DNA of 54,572 nt, taken from positions 1 to 54,572 of the IMG/VR virus record IMGVR_UViG_3300005662_000054; one strand, given 5' to 3'. Below, piece after piece: positions 8,801 through 18,526 of the stretch; within the stretch, counting starts at the first letter, position 1; every line of letters starts with the position of its first letter. The notes under the pieces were generated by a model. That model was not told the DNA's origin. It did no database searches and saw nothing but the letters and a program-made list of their open reading frames with translations. Source of the stretch: a virus (lineage: Duplodnaviria; Caudoviricetes). The position numbers and the translations under genes are program-made.

Positions 8801-9375
8801 GTACTGCTTTAATTACTGATAATAGTACTGGCGCCAATCAATGGACATATACAAATAATAAAAATCAAATTCAAACGATTAGAGTTCTGGGCGGATATGG
8901 TCAATTAGGTATTAAGAGTACTGGATCTACTTATTATAGCGTGGCTGGTCTTGTTAATGGTGTCACTACATTTGATTCAGATTTAGTATTTAGAAATTCT
9001 CAATCAGGAATCAATGTTGTTTTAAATTACAGAGATAATAGTGACGATCTTACTGCGTTATGGACAATTCCTCTTAAGACGGTTGTTCCTGAGGGGGCTT
9101 CTATCATTGAAATCAATGTTGATGTTGATGTTAGTCCAAGCCCCAATACAACATCTATTGCAACTTTAGCTTTAATAAACAGTGGTTCTTCACTCACTGA
9201 TTCAATTAATCCATTAACTACAAGTGGCGGAACTTTAACTGTAACGGCTGGGTATAATGATTTTGTTGTTCAAGGCTCAGATCCTTCTTATATTGAAGTT
9301 TCTTTGCGAATTGAAGATTCCTTTAGTAATATTGCTGGGTACATTAATTATATTGAAATTAAATACGTATTTTAA
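5839..9375 (+). CDS. Tailspike / tail fibre with right-handed beta-helix (pectin-lyase-like) domains
   Basis: GGTIFILPGYYRVSSTIEVPAGISLMG beta-helix cap, a second cap TVILNPGTY, Asn/Cys ladder repeats (V.NC.F) and an N-terminal H.A..I...TVQAA motif. Confidence 0.75.
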   Translation: MTKFVGSSRVREGGRPVTHYQDFISHVGGADWRHEADQIDMNPPVPTLVGTTVQAAFENLYTFVLSTGTGYVSIGYQLPSSDGYIQGTYSVGSTATPTFEDAMTAAFADSRLQNGGTIFILPGYYRVSSTIEVPAGISLMGDPSGTYIVGQTSGGSPVFKFNASNSIFSINGDSGSGDQEVLRGTGVKQSTVEKLIITDNSDGYVNSGDSTLSGTLNSLVFLQRGANVLFTKTSFIGRLNDGAVLNRLKTSSAIYCSSTGGSKGTALRVEGCYFDGVKQAVNFKSNLGNQDYVSIKNSKIRFYGAEGASYDSVTGYDSVLNTSLANIEFENNYIAGAGGYAKTLVYVDSTSVTSTNCTLKIVNNSGYSVNNLTELCDYNNSSSIHSVMSGNTWSPGRYGNNSWTVVIGEQEGDIIGTGALDLLLSTYVAANALNPTTVILNPGTYTLSVASGSFYGIKLKGNPIGKYYPIVVSNLSAGTTNHLGNRYVVFGNQIENIYFKYSSNINSIHASSARGLATEDAAESITVNNCQFINTNLYIDVSSSDTATNLTGSQEGTPTSIQVTVSNCRFYHTTGGKNWGLYLPNINNVKLNKCYFHGSSYALIYGPSVLSTGTKYSHFDMESCIFDLSAETIDSDPTYGSPYYLDIQSENTTFNMSKCSFISSDFGDSANAVFSGVATANRFINISVKNANINECYFNTPNYTYTSPGNYPMAGLYLQWDENLNVSNSTFKCGGVPLKVIRNSSGTQNSCNITNNYFQNFASGVTQTLLDLECDFGLTYAPVINLKSNYFNNKTTASSRYVQHTDVTSTAYDTGAVVQIYARGALVNASDNSFYGAIHEPTSNPFTFLSAMYFNTCNSDSGATTHLNHVNLLGNNINVIGATAVPSGGTLTVSSSAHVQSTYMNIKDNYLNYNNVGGVPTGNLSNLFLQAYNINSAGDALVSGNTFDRISMTGSLTDVTEFIYVYTGGYRGKIINNNFNDSTVDGSSTALITDNSTGANQWTYTNNKNQIQTIRVLGGYGQLGIKSTGSTYYSVAGLVNGVTTFDSDLVFRNSQSGINVVLNYRDNSDDLTALWTIPLKTVVPEGASIIEINVDVDVSPSPNTTSIATLALINSGSSLTDSINPLTTSGGTLTVTAGYNDFVVQGSDPSYIEVSLRIEDSFSNIAGYINYIEIKYVF

Positions 9376-9426
9376 TGCTAAAATGGCATAATTTCATATA
9401 TTTAAAGTACTAATACGAGGTAACTT

Positions 9427-9876
9427 ATGGATGAATTTATTTCTTCTTTAACTAGTTTATTTGGTCCGGCTTTTTTAGTTCTTTGTGTTGTAATTTATAT
9501 TCTTGTTGAACTTCAGAGAAAAATATTAAAATTGTTTTTTTCTAAACGCTTGCCTGTAATGTTAAAAGATGGTACCTGGCAGAATAAACTTTGGAGAGAA
9601 ATTTTATCTCCATCTGCGGCTCCTGGAACTGGTATGATATTTACATGGCTAGTAACTTCGTATCCTTATCCAGAGATATTTACCACATCAACTCCCAATA
9701 GGATTGCTTGGGGTATATTTAGTGGATTTTTCAGTGAATATGTTTATAGAATGGCAAAACAATTATTCAGTGGATACATTGAAGGAATAGCTGCTAAATA
9801 TTCTAAAAAAAATAATAAGAATAATAAAGACAATGAATCTGTTTCTTTAAATCCTCCAAGTAGCTCTGAGCAGTAA
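9427..9876 (+). CDS. Small membrane protein, holin-like
   Basis: 2-3 hydrophobic segments (FLVLCVVIYILV; GTGMIFTWLV; IAWGIFSGFFS), a basic polar C-terminal tail, and a GAGGT SD. Confidence 0.5.
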   Translation: MDEFISSLTSLFGPAFLVLCVVIYILVELQRKILKLFFSKRLPVMLKDGTWQNKLWREILSPSAAPGTGMIFTWLVTSYPYPEIFTTSTPNRIAWGIFSGFFSEYVYRMAKQLFSGYIEGIAAKYSKKNNKNNKDNESVSLNPPSSSEQ

Positions 9877-9884
9877 ATAATATC

Positions 9885-9899
9885 TAATATTTAGATATA
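9885..9899 (+). promoter_or_regulatory. Candidate late promoter (TAAT ATTTAGA TATA)
   Basis: Matches YAAT-N7-YATA; followed by an AGGA SD before ATG 9934. Confidence 0.45.
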
Positions 9900-9933
9900 G
9901 AAATACTAAATATTAAATAAGTTTAGGAAATAA

Positions 9934-12900
9934 ATGAGCGTTTATCCATTTGATTTAGATGATGATACTACACTTCCCCGTGTAGATGATAATATTACAG
10001 AAACAGGTCAGGAAGCAATTAATGCTTTGCGTGATGCTGTTTTTAACGTTCAAGAAGCTTTAGGCGTAGAACCTCAGGGCTCAGTAACTACTGTAGCCAA
10101 TAGATTAGATGCCGCATTAAATGCTGACGGCACAATCAAAGCAAGTGCGCTGGCTTCAATAGGTCTTGTCACTCTTCCAATTACTAATAATCAAGTTGGA
10201 TCAAATGCAGGGATAGAAGAGAGCAAATTGTCTCTTGTTCATTCTACTACTGATTTATATACTTTAATTTCAGCAAATTCTGCTTTATTAAATTCTTTAA
10301 ATTCATTTGTTAATGCCACTATTTATCCTGATTTAAATTTACACATTTCTGGGTCTACATACTTATCGGATGGGTCTTCTTCTGCTCGTCACGTTCTTAG
10401 TCATATTGATTTGAATGCGGTTCCATCCGATTTGAGAGATCCATTTTTTACATGGTCTGGATTAAAAGATAAAGATGGAAATTTAAGACCTGCTGCTAAT
10501 GCCGCTCAAGGATTATTATCAATAAATGATGCATTGGTGGATCATGAAACTCTTGCATCTGCTCATTTAGCTAGTGCAATAGATGTTAATACTGATAATT
10601 TTATTGAAATTCCTTTGACAGCAACTACTGTTCAATCTGCTCTTGATTATCTTGACAGTGCAGAAGTATTAAACATGGGCAAGCACAGAGCCACTCAGCA
10701 CGCCAATGCAATTTCTAAAATTGCAAGATCTGAATCTTTATTGATGGATGGATATGGAGATGCAGTCGTTCCTCCAACTTCATGTCATACATATTTAGCT
10801 TATCCTTTAGATTCTTTTCCTGTAGATGATTTATTTTCTGGCGATGATGTAATTAGATTTTATCCATCCAACTCAAATTATGAGTTTGACGCTGCATTTT
10901 CTCAAGTTAAGCAAGGCGATATAATTAGAATAAATTATTCTAATGGCTTAGAAGCAGTTCATATTGTTGAATCCACTAGATTTATTCCTGGATCTGAATG
11001 GTTTGTTAGAATTAACGGTGTTAATCTATGCACCTCTACAGACGGATATGCGGCAGCCAGAATTGATAGACCTTTATACGATGTAAATACTGCTGGCATA
11101 TTTGCCACAGCCTCTGCTAATGCAAGGAATTCTTTAGGACCAACCGCAACTTCTACATTACCAAGTTTGGTTGTTGCAGATCCTAGAGGAGCAATGGCTC
11201 TTGGGTTAAATTTTGATCCTGGACAATTAAATTCTACACATTATAATTTATACTTACAGTTATATCCAACAGGAAATCCTGCAGATAAAGTAATTAATTT
11301 ACCAGCAATTGATGTAACTGGAAATGCTGGAGCCACGCCTGGGGCATATACAATTAATTCTGTAATTTCTGCCACGAATGATAAATTAAGACAATTTGGG
11401 TATAATTATAGATTTATTGCTTTTGAATATAATGGCGAATTTGGAATAATGCTTGCGGATTCTATTAATAACGCATCATTTTCAATTATAAGTGGAACAA
11501 ATTCTGGAGGAACATTATCCGGATTGCCATACACAAATAATGTTATTGGTGGTGGAACTTCTGTTCCTGATTCTTTTGATGCGCTGGGTCTAGGAGTTGT
11601 TGGAGCTAATTTGGCATCTCCAGCTTATATGGCTTCTTGGACAAGTTCTTTAGAAGCTATATTGCCAACAAAAGTTATTAGACCATTAAAGAAGAGATAT
11701 GCTATTGTTAATGGTTTGAAAGTTGATAAATTTGAATCAATGTATCTAACCACTGATGGGTACTGGGACGGATATGTTTCTTCCAGAAATCAGTTTGGTA
11801 CTACCGTAGAAACCACATATACAGTTTTAACAAATCTTTCTCCTTCTGGTATTAAGCCAGGAAAGACCATTGTTGTACAACCGGCTGTTGATTATACGGA
11901 TTCTTTATATAACGATGTTGACTATGGTAGATTTATTATTAAATCCGTTAATTTTGTTGGAGCATGTGGCACATCTCCGTCTTTGACTCAAATTACTGTA
12001 TTAAATTCTATTCATGCTTATGGTTCTGCTGTTACAAGTTCAGGAGATTCTCCTCTTCCTGTAAAATTATATTTTTCTTATGATTCAGTTGGATTTAATA
12101 GTCAAAATTTAATTGATCCTGCAATATATCCAACTGATTACAAGAGATTATATGAAGTTTATTTAACTGAAACTGGAAGAACTTTCTCACATGAACGTGC
12201 TAGAATGCCTATACAGGCAGGTTCGGGCGATTTGGTTAATACCTCTAATGTTCATATTATTGATGTTTCTCCAAAGTTAAGAGGCTATACTGATGGAGTA
12301 TTAGGTCAATTTAATAAATTTGTTAGACTTTATATATTAAATTATGACTCTGTGACTGGAGAATATGATGGATATTTGGGTCAAAGGTCTTCATCAACTC
12401 CTAACATTTTTAAAACTGGTCAAATCGTTACTGGTAAAAAAAATGTCGTTACAAGATTCTATGATGAAACAAATATTGATTATATAGATTTCATATTTGT
12501 TGATACTGCTAGCCCTGGAACTTCAATCGGACCCGTTCCTGGATATGTAGACATAGAATTATTTGGCGGATTAAAAACTGATGATGAATTGTTTTTACTG
12601 GCTACTTGTGAAGTAAATTGGGACCCTGTTTCCGGAGAAAATATTATTCAATATGTTTCTGACGGAAGACAGTTTGGTTCTGTAGATGAAACTGATTTTA
12701 CAGAATTAGCAAAAGAATATATTTCTGCTGCTGATAAATACCTCCATGATAGCGGTGTAATTAGAGGTCTAGCCTATGAATCATTTGCCTCAAATGGGGA
12801 GTTAAAATTTAAAGGCGGTCTTGCAATTGTTAATGGCAAAGTAGTGCCAGCCAATAACCAGTCAGTGACTATTCCGCAAATCCGCCCAAGCAGTACTCCT

Positions 12901-15153
12901 TTGGGCACTTCTGTTGATTGGGCAATTTGTTTAGATGAAAATGGAAATTTAATACCTTATCCATTAACTTCTAGTAAGCAAATATACTATGCAACGTCTA
13001 ACGGTATTAATAACTATCAAATTGTTTCATTGACTTTTAATGAAATAATAAATGAAAGAAAAGACTTGTGCTTAATTGCAATTGCTACAGTAACCATTGC
13101 TTCAATTACAATTAATAACGTGTCTGATGCAAGAAAATTTATATCAGGTTTAGATTCTGCTGCTCCGTTAGTTTGGTCAAGCAATAATGAATATTTGGGA
13201 AATTTTTATTCATCAGAATCTTTAAAAATTTGGTTAAATAATTCTAGTTATAATAATAATTTAATAAAATTAAAAGGTGAATTTAATATTACTTCAAACT
13301 TAGATTTGACTGGTCTTTCTAGAACTACTACTTTTGATGGTTCCGAATCAAAAATCACTTTAAATTTATCAAATTCTTATCAGGGAATTAAAGTAGGGAG
13401 CAATGTTCATTTACAAAATTTGCATATAAGATATATTACTTCTGGATTTTCTATAACGTCCCCACCTTCAGCTCCTCCATATACGCTTTTAATAAATGGA
13501 GCTGGAGCAATATATTCTAATTCTTCAAATGTTTCTAATGTAAGAATTAAAAATTGTTATTTTGAATCTTATGGAGCAATTGCTCATCCACCTTTTATTA
13601 ATTTTGAATTTAACAGGGAAGATGTTTTAGAAGATATTATTATAGAAAATAATACTTTTGATGCGGTTAATACTTCAAGCGATTTAGCTGAATATCAAGC
13701 AGCTATTGCATTTGTTCAAATTGAAACATCAAATACTAATCCTTCAATATTAAAAAATATTTTTATTAAAAATAATTATAGTAAAAAATATCATGGGATT
13801 TATGTAACTAGAAATAGTACGGCTTCTCCAGGATTTAAATTAAATTGCATAATTGAAGGTAATACTGTTGGAAATATCAGTTATTTATTTGGATCTGATG
13901 GATCTGATGGTTTAGATGTAAATTATGGGCTGGTTATTAAAAATAATTTTGTAAAATATATTACAACTTCTATCGGAAGCGTCCCAACAATTAATTCTTT
14001 TTATAATCAGGCTATTGGAAATGTTTTAATTGAAGGAAATGTTTGTAATTGGCTCAGATGTCAACATTATGAGAATTCTAATATTAAATCATCATTGGTT
14101 ATTAAAAATAATAATTTTTACGCAGATGATCCTTCTTATTTGAGCAAATGGGTTGCAACGCCATCTCTTGTAAATGTCGCAATTCATGTATCCAATACAG
14201 TTTCTTCTTATTATTCTGATCATTCTCCTTTTATAATAGAAGGAAATACTATTTCAAGAGGATATAAGTCTGGCACTCCATATGGATATGCTAATTCTAT
14301 AAAAGTTCAAGGTAGAGGAGAAATATTAAATAACAATTTAAGCGGTGTTGGATCTGATTGTATAATGTGGTGCCAAGCACCAACAAATCTTTCAGACACG
14401 GCTTATTATACAATTACGGGTAATAATTTTCAAAGAAATAGCGGCGTAATTATTGGCTATATTAGAATAGACTCCGAAAGTACTTCTGGAGAAATAAAAA
14501 ATAATACATTTGATTCGTCTACCGTTGATAACTCTAATGAAAATATTATCCCTTATTTTACAGGGGGAACTTTAACAGGAGACAGTCAAGACTTGGGTAA
14601 CTGGAGCATTTATTCTAATAAGAATCAAAGGGCTACGTATTATGTTCCAGTGTCTGCTGGTGGAATTAGCTGCGCAATGAGTACTACTTATACAGTAGGT
14701 GGCATATTTGCAAATACAACAGGAACTGTTTTTAATTCTAAAGTTGAATCACTTTTAAATTCTCAAATTTTGCAATTGAAGTATGAAGATACTGGTGACA
14801 CTGCAGTTGTAAAATGGGATGTTCCATTAGTTACTGTATTGCCTTTGGGCTCTTCTATATATAAGGCAGAACTATATTGGGAATCTATAAGCGGGGGCAT
14901 AAACCCTTCGACAGCAAGAACGATAAACCTATCATACCAAGGGTTGAATTCAGCTGTTACTGCAAGCTCGACCGACCCTTGGGACGGTAGCGTTCAAATG
15001 TTAGATTTAAATATTACTACAGCTAATGGTTTAATAAAACACAAAAATACATCTACAAATCAATCATATTCTATTCTGTCTGCGCGAATAACTGTAAACA
15101 GCAGCAGTTCTAATACGTCTAAATTTTATATAAAAGTTTATTTTCAATACTAA
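9934..15153 (+). CDS. Large tail fibre/tailspike protein (1739 aa) with C-terminal beta-helix; paralog of 5839-9375
   Basis: N-terminal helical attachment region (INALRDAVFNVQEALG), H.A..I...TVQSALD motif, I.I.NN.F beta-helix repeats, C-terminus alignable to the 5839 protein; five DGY. Confidence 0.72.
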   Translation: MSVYPFDLDDDTTLPRVDDNITETGQEAINALRDAVFNVQEALGVEPQGSVTTVANRLDAALNADGTIKASALASIGLVTLPITNNQVGSNAGIEESKLSLVHSTTDLYTLISANSALLNSLNSFVNATIYPDLNLHISGSTYLSDGSSSARHVLSHIDLNAVPSDLRDPFFTWSGLKDKDGNLRPAANAAQGLLSINDALVDHETLASAHLASAIDVNTDNFIEIPLTATTVQSALDYLDSAEVLNMGKHRATQHANAISKIARSESLLMDGYGDAVVPPTSCHTYLAYPLDSFPVDDLFSGDDVIRFYPSNSNYEFDAAFSQVKQGDIIRINYSNGLEAVHIVESTRFIPGSEWFVRINGVNLCTSTDGYAAARIDRPLYDVNTAGIFATASANARNSLGPTATSTLPSLVVADPRGAMALGLNFDPGQLNSTHYNLYLQLYPTGNPADKVINLPAIDVTGNAGATPGAYTINSVISATNDKLRQFGYNYRFIAFEYNGEFGIMLADSINNASFSIISGTNSGGTLSGLPYTNNVIGGGTSVPDSFDALGLGVVGANLASPAYMASWTSSLEAILPTKVIRPLKKRYAIVNGLKVDKFESMYLTTDGYWDGYVSSRNQFGTTVETTYTVLTNLSPSGIKPGKTIVVQPAVDYTDSLYNDVDYGRFIIKSVNFVGACGTSPSLTQITVLNSIHAYGSAVTSSGDSPLPVKLYFSYDSVGFNSQNLIDPAIYPTDYKRLYEVYLTETGRTFSHERARMPIQAGSGDLVNTSNVHIIDVSPKLRGYTDGVLGQFNKFVRLYILNYDSVTGEYDGYLGQRSSSTPNIFKTGQIVTGKKNVVTRFYDETNIDYIDFIFVDTASPGTSIGPVPGYVDIELFGGLKTDDELFLLATCEVNWDPVSGENIIQYVSDGRQFGSVDETDFTELAKEYISAADKYLHDSGVIRGLAYESFASNGELKFKGGLAIVNGKVVPANNQSVTIPQIRPSSTPLGTSVDWAICLDENGNLIPYPLTSSKQIYYATSNGINNYQIVSLTFNEIINERKDLCLIAIATVTIASITINNVSDARKFISGLDSAAPLVWSSNNEYLGNFYSSESLKIWLNNSSYNNNLIKLKGEFNITSNLDLTGLSRTTTFDGSESKITLNLSNSYQGIKVGSNVHLQNLHIRYITSGFSITSPPSAPPYTLLINGAGAIYSNSSNVSNVRIKNCYFESYGAIAHPPFINFEFNREDVLEDIIIENNTFDAVNTSSDLAEYQAAIAFVQIETSNTNPSILKNIFIKNNYSKKYHGIYVTRNSTASPGFKLNCIIEGNTVGNISYLFGSDGSDGLDVNYGLVIKNNFVKYITTSIGSVPTINSFYNQAIGNVLIEGNVCNWLRCQHYENSNIKSSLVIKNNNFYADDPSYLSKWVATPSLVNVAIHVSNTVSSYYSDHSPFIIEGNTISRGYKSGTPYGYANSIKVQGRGEILNNNLSGVGSDCIMWCQAPTNLSDTAYYTITGNNFQRNSGVIIGYIRIDSESTSGEIKNNTFDSSTVDNSNENIIPYFTGGTLTGDSQDLGNWSIYSNKNQRATYYVPVSAGGISCAMSTTYTVGGIFANTTGTVFNSKVESLLNSQILQLKYEDTGDTAVVKWDVPLVTVLPLGSSIYKAELYWESISGGINPSTARTINLSYQGLNSAVTASSTDPWDGSVQMLDLNITTANGLIKHKNTSTNQSYSILSARITVNSSSSNTSKFYIKVYFQY

Positions 15154-15169
15154 TTTAAATAAAATACAT

Positions 15170-15184
15170 CAATAATATTTTATA
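15170..15184 (+). promoter_or_regulatory. Candidate late promoter (CAAT AATATTT TATA)
   Basis: Matches YAAT-N7-YATA; ATG 8 nt downstream with no SD. Confidence 0.45.
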
Positions 15185-15192
15185 TTTTATAG

Positions 15193-15984
15193 ATGGGCGT
15201 AGGATTTTTAACCAAATCAGATTTATATCTTTTACATAATTATGTTCAGCATACTGGACATGCTTATGTAAAAGAATTTATCATTGATTCGTTAAGAGAA
15301 TTTTTTAGTCAAGATTCTTATTATCGTTATGTCAGAGATGCTTGGGGATTTCCTCTTACTCCATCCCAAGAAAATTTAGCAGCAGATGCAGGAATTAATG
15401 ATTCTACAACTACTCGCCTCTTTATTGGAGAATTTACCAGGCAACACGCTCAATTTTTCCCAGCCATTTTAGTTAGATCTGGAGGGTATCGCTCTGTTCC
15501 AATTTCCATGTCTAGAAATAAGTTTAATGTAAAATATGATTCTATCAAATACTTTGATGGATATGGAAACGAAACTATTGTTAATACTCCTATTGCTTTA
15601 ACTCAAAATGGAGCATGGGAAGGTCAGATTACACTAGATGTAATGGCTCGCTCTCTTAGAGCTAGAAATGAAATAGCAGATCTATGCATGTTGTTTTTTG
15701 TTGATTATTATTTTGAAGAATTTCAAAAAGCTGGAATTGTAATAAAATCAGCTTCAGTATCAGCTGATTCAGAATCAGATGATAGAAATGATAAATTGTA
15801 TAAAACTACAATCTCTTTAGATGTAAGAACTGAATGGGAAAGAAATATTCCTATTCAAAATACGGTTGATGCTATTAATATTTGTGCAGATATTGGAGAC
15901 ATAAATTCTTCTGTTCCTGTGTACGCTCCAAATATTGTAATAGAAACTACACTTGAACTGACAGAACAACTATTAAACATGTAA
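15193..15984 (+). CDS. Putative tail completion / tail terminator protein
   Basis: Directly upstream of the sheath. The pattern FPAILV...ITLDVMARS...RNEIAD...YKTTISLDVRTEW resembles tail-terminator folds. Confidence 0.55.
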   Translation: MGVGFLTKSDLYLLHNYVQHTGHAYVKEFIIDSLREFFSQDSYYRYVRDAWGFPLTPSQENLAADAGINDSTTTRLFIGEFTRQHAQFFPAILVRSGGYRSVPISMSRNKFNVKYDSIKYFDGYGNETIVNTPIALTQNGAWEGQITLDVMARSLRARNEIADLCMLFFVDYYFEEFQKAGIVIKSASVSADSESDDRNDKLYKTTISLDVRTEWERNIPIQNTVDAINICADIGDINSSVPVYAPNIVIETTLELTEQLLNM

Positions 15985-16010
15985 ATAATAAGATATAAAA
16001 ATAAATAAAG

Positions 16011-16025
16011 CAATATTTTAATATA
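16011..16025 (+). promoter_or_regulatory. Candidate late promoter for sheath (CAAT ATTTTAA TATA)
   Basis: Matches YAAT-N7-YATA; AAGGA SD before ATG 16058. Confidence 0.5.
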
Positions 16026-16057
16026 TGTTATAGAAAATTTTATTTAAAGGATTTTAG

Positions 16058-18487
16058 ATGCCTAATTTTCCCGGTTCACAAAACGCTAGTCCTGGAGTTT
16101 ATACAGACGTAGTTACCGTATCACGAGGAGCCAACGTTCCTGGTGGAGTGAGAACTGCTGTATTAATGGGTGAAGGTCTTAAAACAGAACGTCTTGTTGC
16201 TTCTGCTGTCGGCGGCGGTTCAGACGGTTTTAACCCCACGTATTCTGGTACAAATGGTGCTGATGGTCGCCACTTCTTACTTAGCGGTGCCCCATTAATT
16301 TCAAATCGTCTTACTCTTTATAAAAACGGAGTTCCTTTAACTGGACTTGAGCAAGCCTTTAGCTCAACAAGCGGCTCATTTAGCTCATTGTATGACTATC
16401 GTGTCAATATTACTAACGGCAGAATTGAATTACAATCTGCAATGCTCGTTGATCAGGGCGGCTCATTCTATACTTCATCTACTCTAAATCAGGGTAATGG
16501 ATCTATTAACAATTTAACATTGGAAGATCCTAATGCTCCAACTGAAACTTGGACAATTCGTTGCACCTCAGTTCGTAGAGATGGATACGGAAACCCAATC
16601 GATGGTTATGCAAAATTTATTGCTCAAGGCTCCGTTTCAGGAATCTTAAGAGATGGATATGGCAATAACATTGTTTGGACTTCTGATAACTCTTTAGTCT
16701 CAAATGGCATCTTAAGCTTCTCTGTTAGCGAAGGCTTAACAGCTTTCAGTGAAGGCGACAAATTCACTGTTAAAGTCAGAGGCGGCGCACTCTCAAGAGG
16801 AGATACCTTAACATCAACTTATATCTCTCAACTTGATATTAACGATCCTCAATTCTTTACAGACCCAAATACTTTTGCTGCTAAGCACGGAAACCCAAGC
16901 CTAGATAATTATTTAGCAATTGGTGCTCAATTAGCTTTTGCAAACAATCCTCCAGGTATCTGGGCTTGTCAATGCGCTCCCTCAGTTCCAAGAAGAGTAT
17001 CTTACTCATTAGAATCATCTGCTTCCGGTGGATCAACTCTTGATGACTTGAAGTTCTCTTTACCATTAGGCATTCTACCTGATGTAGACTCAAATATTAA
17101 TTTCTTCGTTACAGATCCTGCTACAGAAACTGAATCTCAAATTCTTCCAAACAAAGTTGATTTCTATGATGCTGCATACACAGCATCTCCTTCTTCTTTC
17201 TGTTTCGGTGCTCCAGTATATTCTTACACTGTAATTCTTGAAGATGCAGTTACCAAAGAAGCAGATGATGGTGAAATTACTTTAGGCGGAGAACTTTCCA
17301 GCGCATTCGTAGCTTTTGATTCAAACGATGTTGGTAAAACAGTTAAAATTTTAAGCCCCGATGTCAATGCTGGAAGTTATGTTGTTGTTTCTGTTGCCGA
17401 TGGCGTAGCAACTCTTTCAGGTTCTTTCTCAGCTAGTACAGGAATGGAATTCCAAGTCATCGATAACACTGCTCAAACAGCAGCAATTCTTTTAAGCGAC
17501 GACCTTGCCCTTAGCGCAGGTCAAAGCTTAAGAGTTACGGTTGTTGATACTAAAGATGCTGACTTCTTTGACGCTGGATGGATAGCTGCACTAGATGCAC
17601 TTGAAAGAATCGAAGTTAGCATGGTGGTTCCACTTCCAACGCAAACAATCTCTGCAATTATGCAAAATGCAAAGAGTCATTGCGAAACAATGTCAAACAT
17701 CAAAAACAAGAAAGAAAGACTCTTGTTTACCGGTGCAATTAAAGGTTTAACACCAGATAATTTAACTGGAACAGAAGATGCTGCAGTTGAAGACATTGGA
17801 ATTCTTGAAGGAATTCAGGGCGATGATGTTTCTGAAATTCTTGCTGGAAACATAGAAGACTTAACAAATTATAGCGTTTCTGATGCATTCGGAAACTCTT
17901 TCCGTGTAGTTTATTTCTACCCAGACGAAATTGTTGTTCAAGTTGGTGCAGATAATCAGTTATTGCCCGGATACTTTGTAGCTGCTGCCGCAGCAGGTTA
18001 TTTAAGCGGAGTACCCGCAATTCAAATACCTCTAACTAGAAAAACTCTTGGAGGTTTCACAATCCTTAGAAATAAACTATTAAGACCAATTGTTCTAGAA
18101 GGCTTGTTAGCTGCTGGCGTATCAGTTGTTCAACCCGTTGCTGGTGGAGGAAAAGTAGTTTGGGGTCGAACAACTACGACTTCTGGTTTCCCAGAAGAAG
18201 AGGAAATTTCAATCATTTTCTGCAGAGATCGTGTAGCTCAATCTTTGCGTGCAGGACTTGAGGCATTTATCGGAGTAGCTGAAGATGCTTCATTACAAGG
18301 TTCTTTAATTGCAAGAGTATACTCTGTTCTTAAAGGATTACAGAGCCAGAAAGTTATTACTAACTTCAAGGATGTTAAAGTTACCCAAAATGAAACTGAT
18401 GCACGTCAATGGGATGTTAGCTGCCGTGTAAGACCTGCTTACCCTGTAAACTGGATTTACGTTCGCATTGAAGTAGGTGATACATGA
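16058..18487 (+). CDS. Contractile tail sheath protein
   Basis: N-terminal SPGVYT and C-terminal sheath signatures (PGYFVAAAAAG, LLAAGVSVV...VVWGRTT, RDRV...FIG, VRPAYPVNWIYV); three DGY in the N-terminal insertion. Confidence 0.92.
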   Translation: MPNFPGSQNASPGVYTDVVTVSRGANVPGGVRTAVLMGEGLKTERLVASAVGGGSDGFNPTYSGTNGADGRHFLLSGAPLISNRLTLYKNGVPLTGLEQAFSSTSGSFSSLYDYRVNITNGRIELQSAMLVDQGGSFYTSSTLNQGNGSINNLTLEDPNAPTETWTIRCTSVRRDGYGNPIDGYAKFIAQGSVSGILRDGYGNNIVWTSDNSLVSNGILSFSVSEGLTAFSEGDKFTVKVRGGALSRGDTLTSTYISQLDINDPQFFTDPNTFAAKHGNPSLDNYLAIGAQLAFANNPPGIWACQCAPSVPRRVSYSLESSASGGSTLDDLKFSLPLGILPDVDSNINFFVTDPATETESQILPNKVDFYDAAYTASPSSFCFGAPVYSYTVILEDAVTKEADDGEITLGGELSSAFVAFDSNDVGKTVKILSPDVNAGSYVVVSVADGVATLSGSFSASTGMEFQVIDNTAQTAAILLSDDLALSAGQSLRVTVVDTKDADFFDAGWIAALDALERIEVSMVVPLPTQTISAIMQNAKSHCETMSNIKNKKERLLFTGAIKGLTPDNLTGTEDAAVEDIGILEGIQGDDVSEILAGNIEDLTNYSVSDAFGNSFRVVYFYPDEIVVQVGADNQLLPGYFVAAAAAGYLSGVPAIQIPLTRKTLGGFTILRNKLLRPIVLEGLLAAGVSVVQPVAGGGKVVWGRTTTTSGFPEEEEISIIFCRDRVAQSLRAGLEAFIGVAEDASLQGSLIARVYSVLKGLQSQKVITNFKDVKVTQNETDARQWDVSCRVRPAYPVNWIYVRIEVGDT

Positions 18488-18493
18488 TATTAT

Positions 18494-18508
18494 CAATAAA
18501 ATTTCATA
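18494..18508 (+). promoter_or_regulatory. Candidate late promoter for tube (CAAT AAAATTT CATA)
   Basis: Matches YAAT-N7-YATA; GGAG SD before ATG 18527. Confidence 0.5.
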
Positions 18509-18526
18509 CAAATATTGGAGTAAATA

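Noticed and set aside
3883-9398. Sigma54 promoters suggested by TGGCAT at about 3885, 5827 and 9384
   Set aside because: No correctly spaced TTGC -12 element; these sites are better explained by the YAAT-N7-CATA motif.
5839-15153. Diversity-generating retroelement target/template repeats in the spike genes
   Set aside because: No reverse transcriptase in the window and no near-identical nucleotide repeat differing at adenines was noticed; the paralogy is visible only at protein level.
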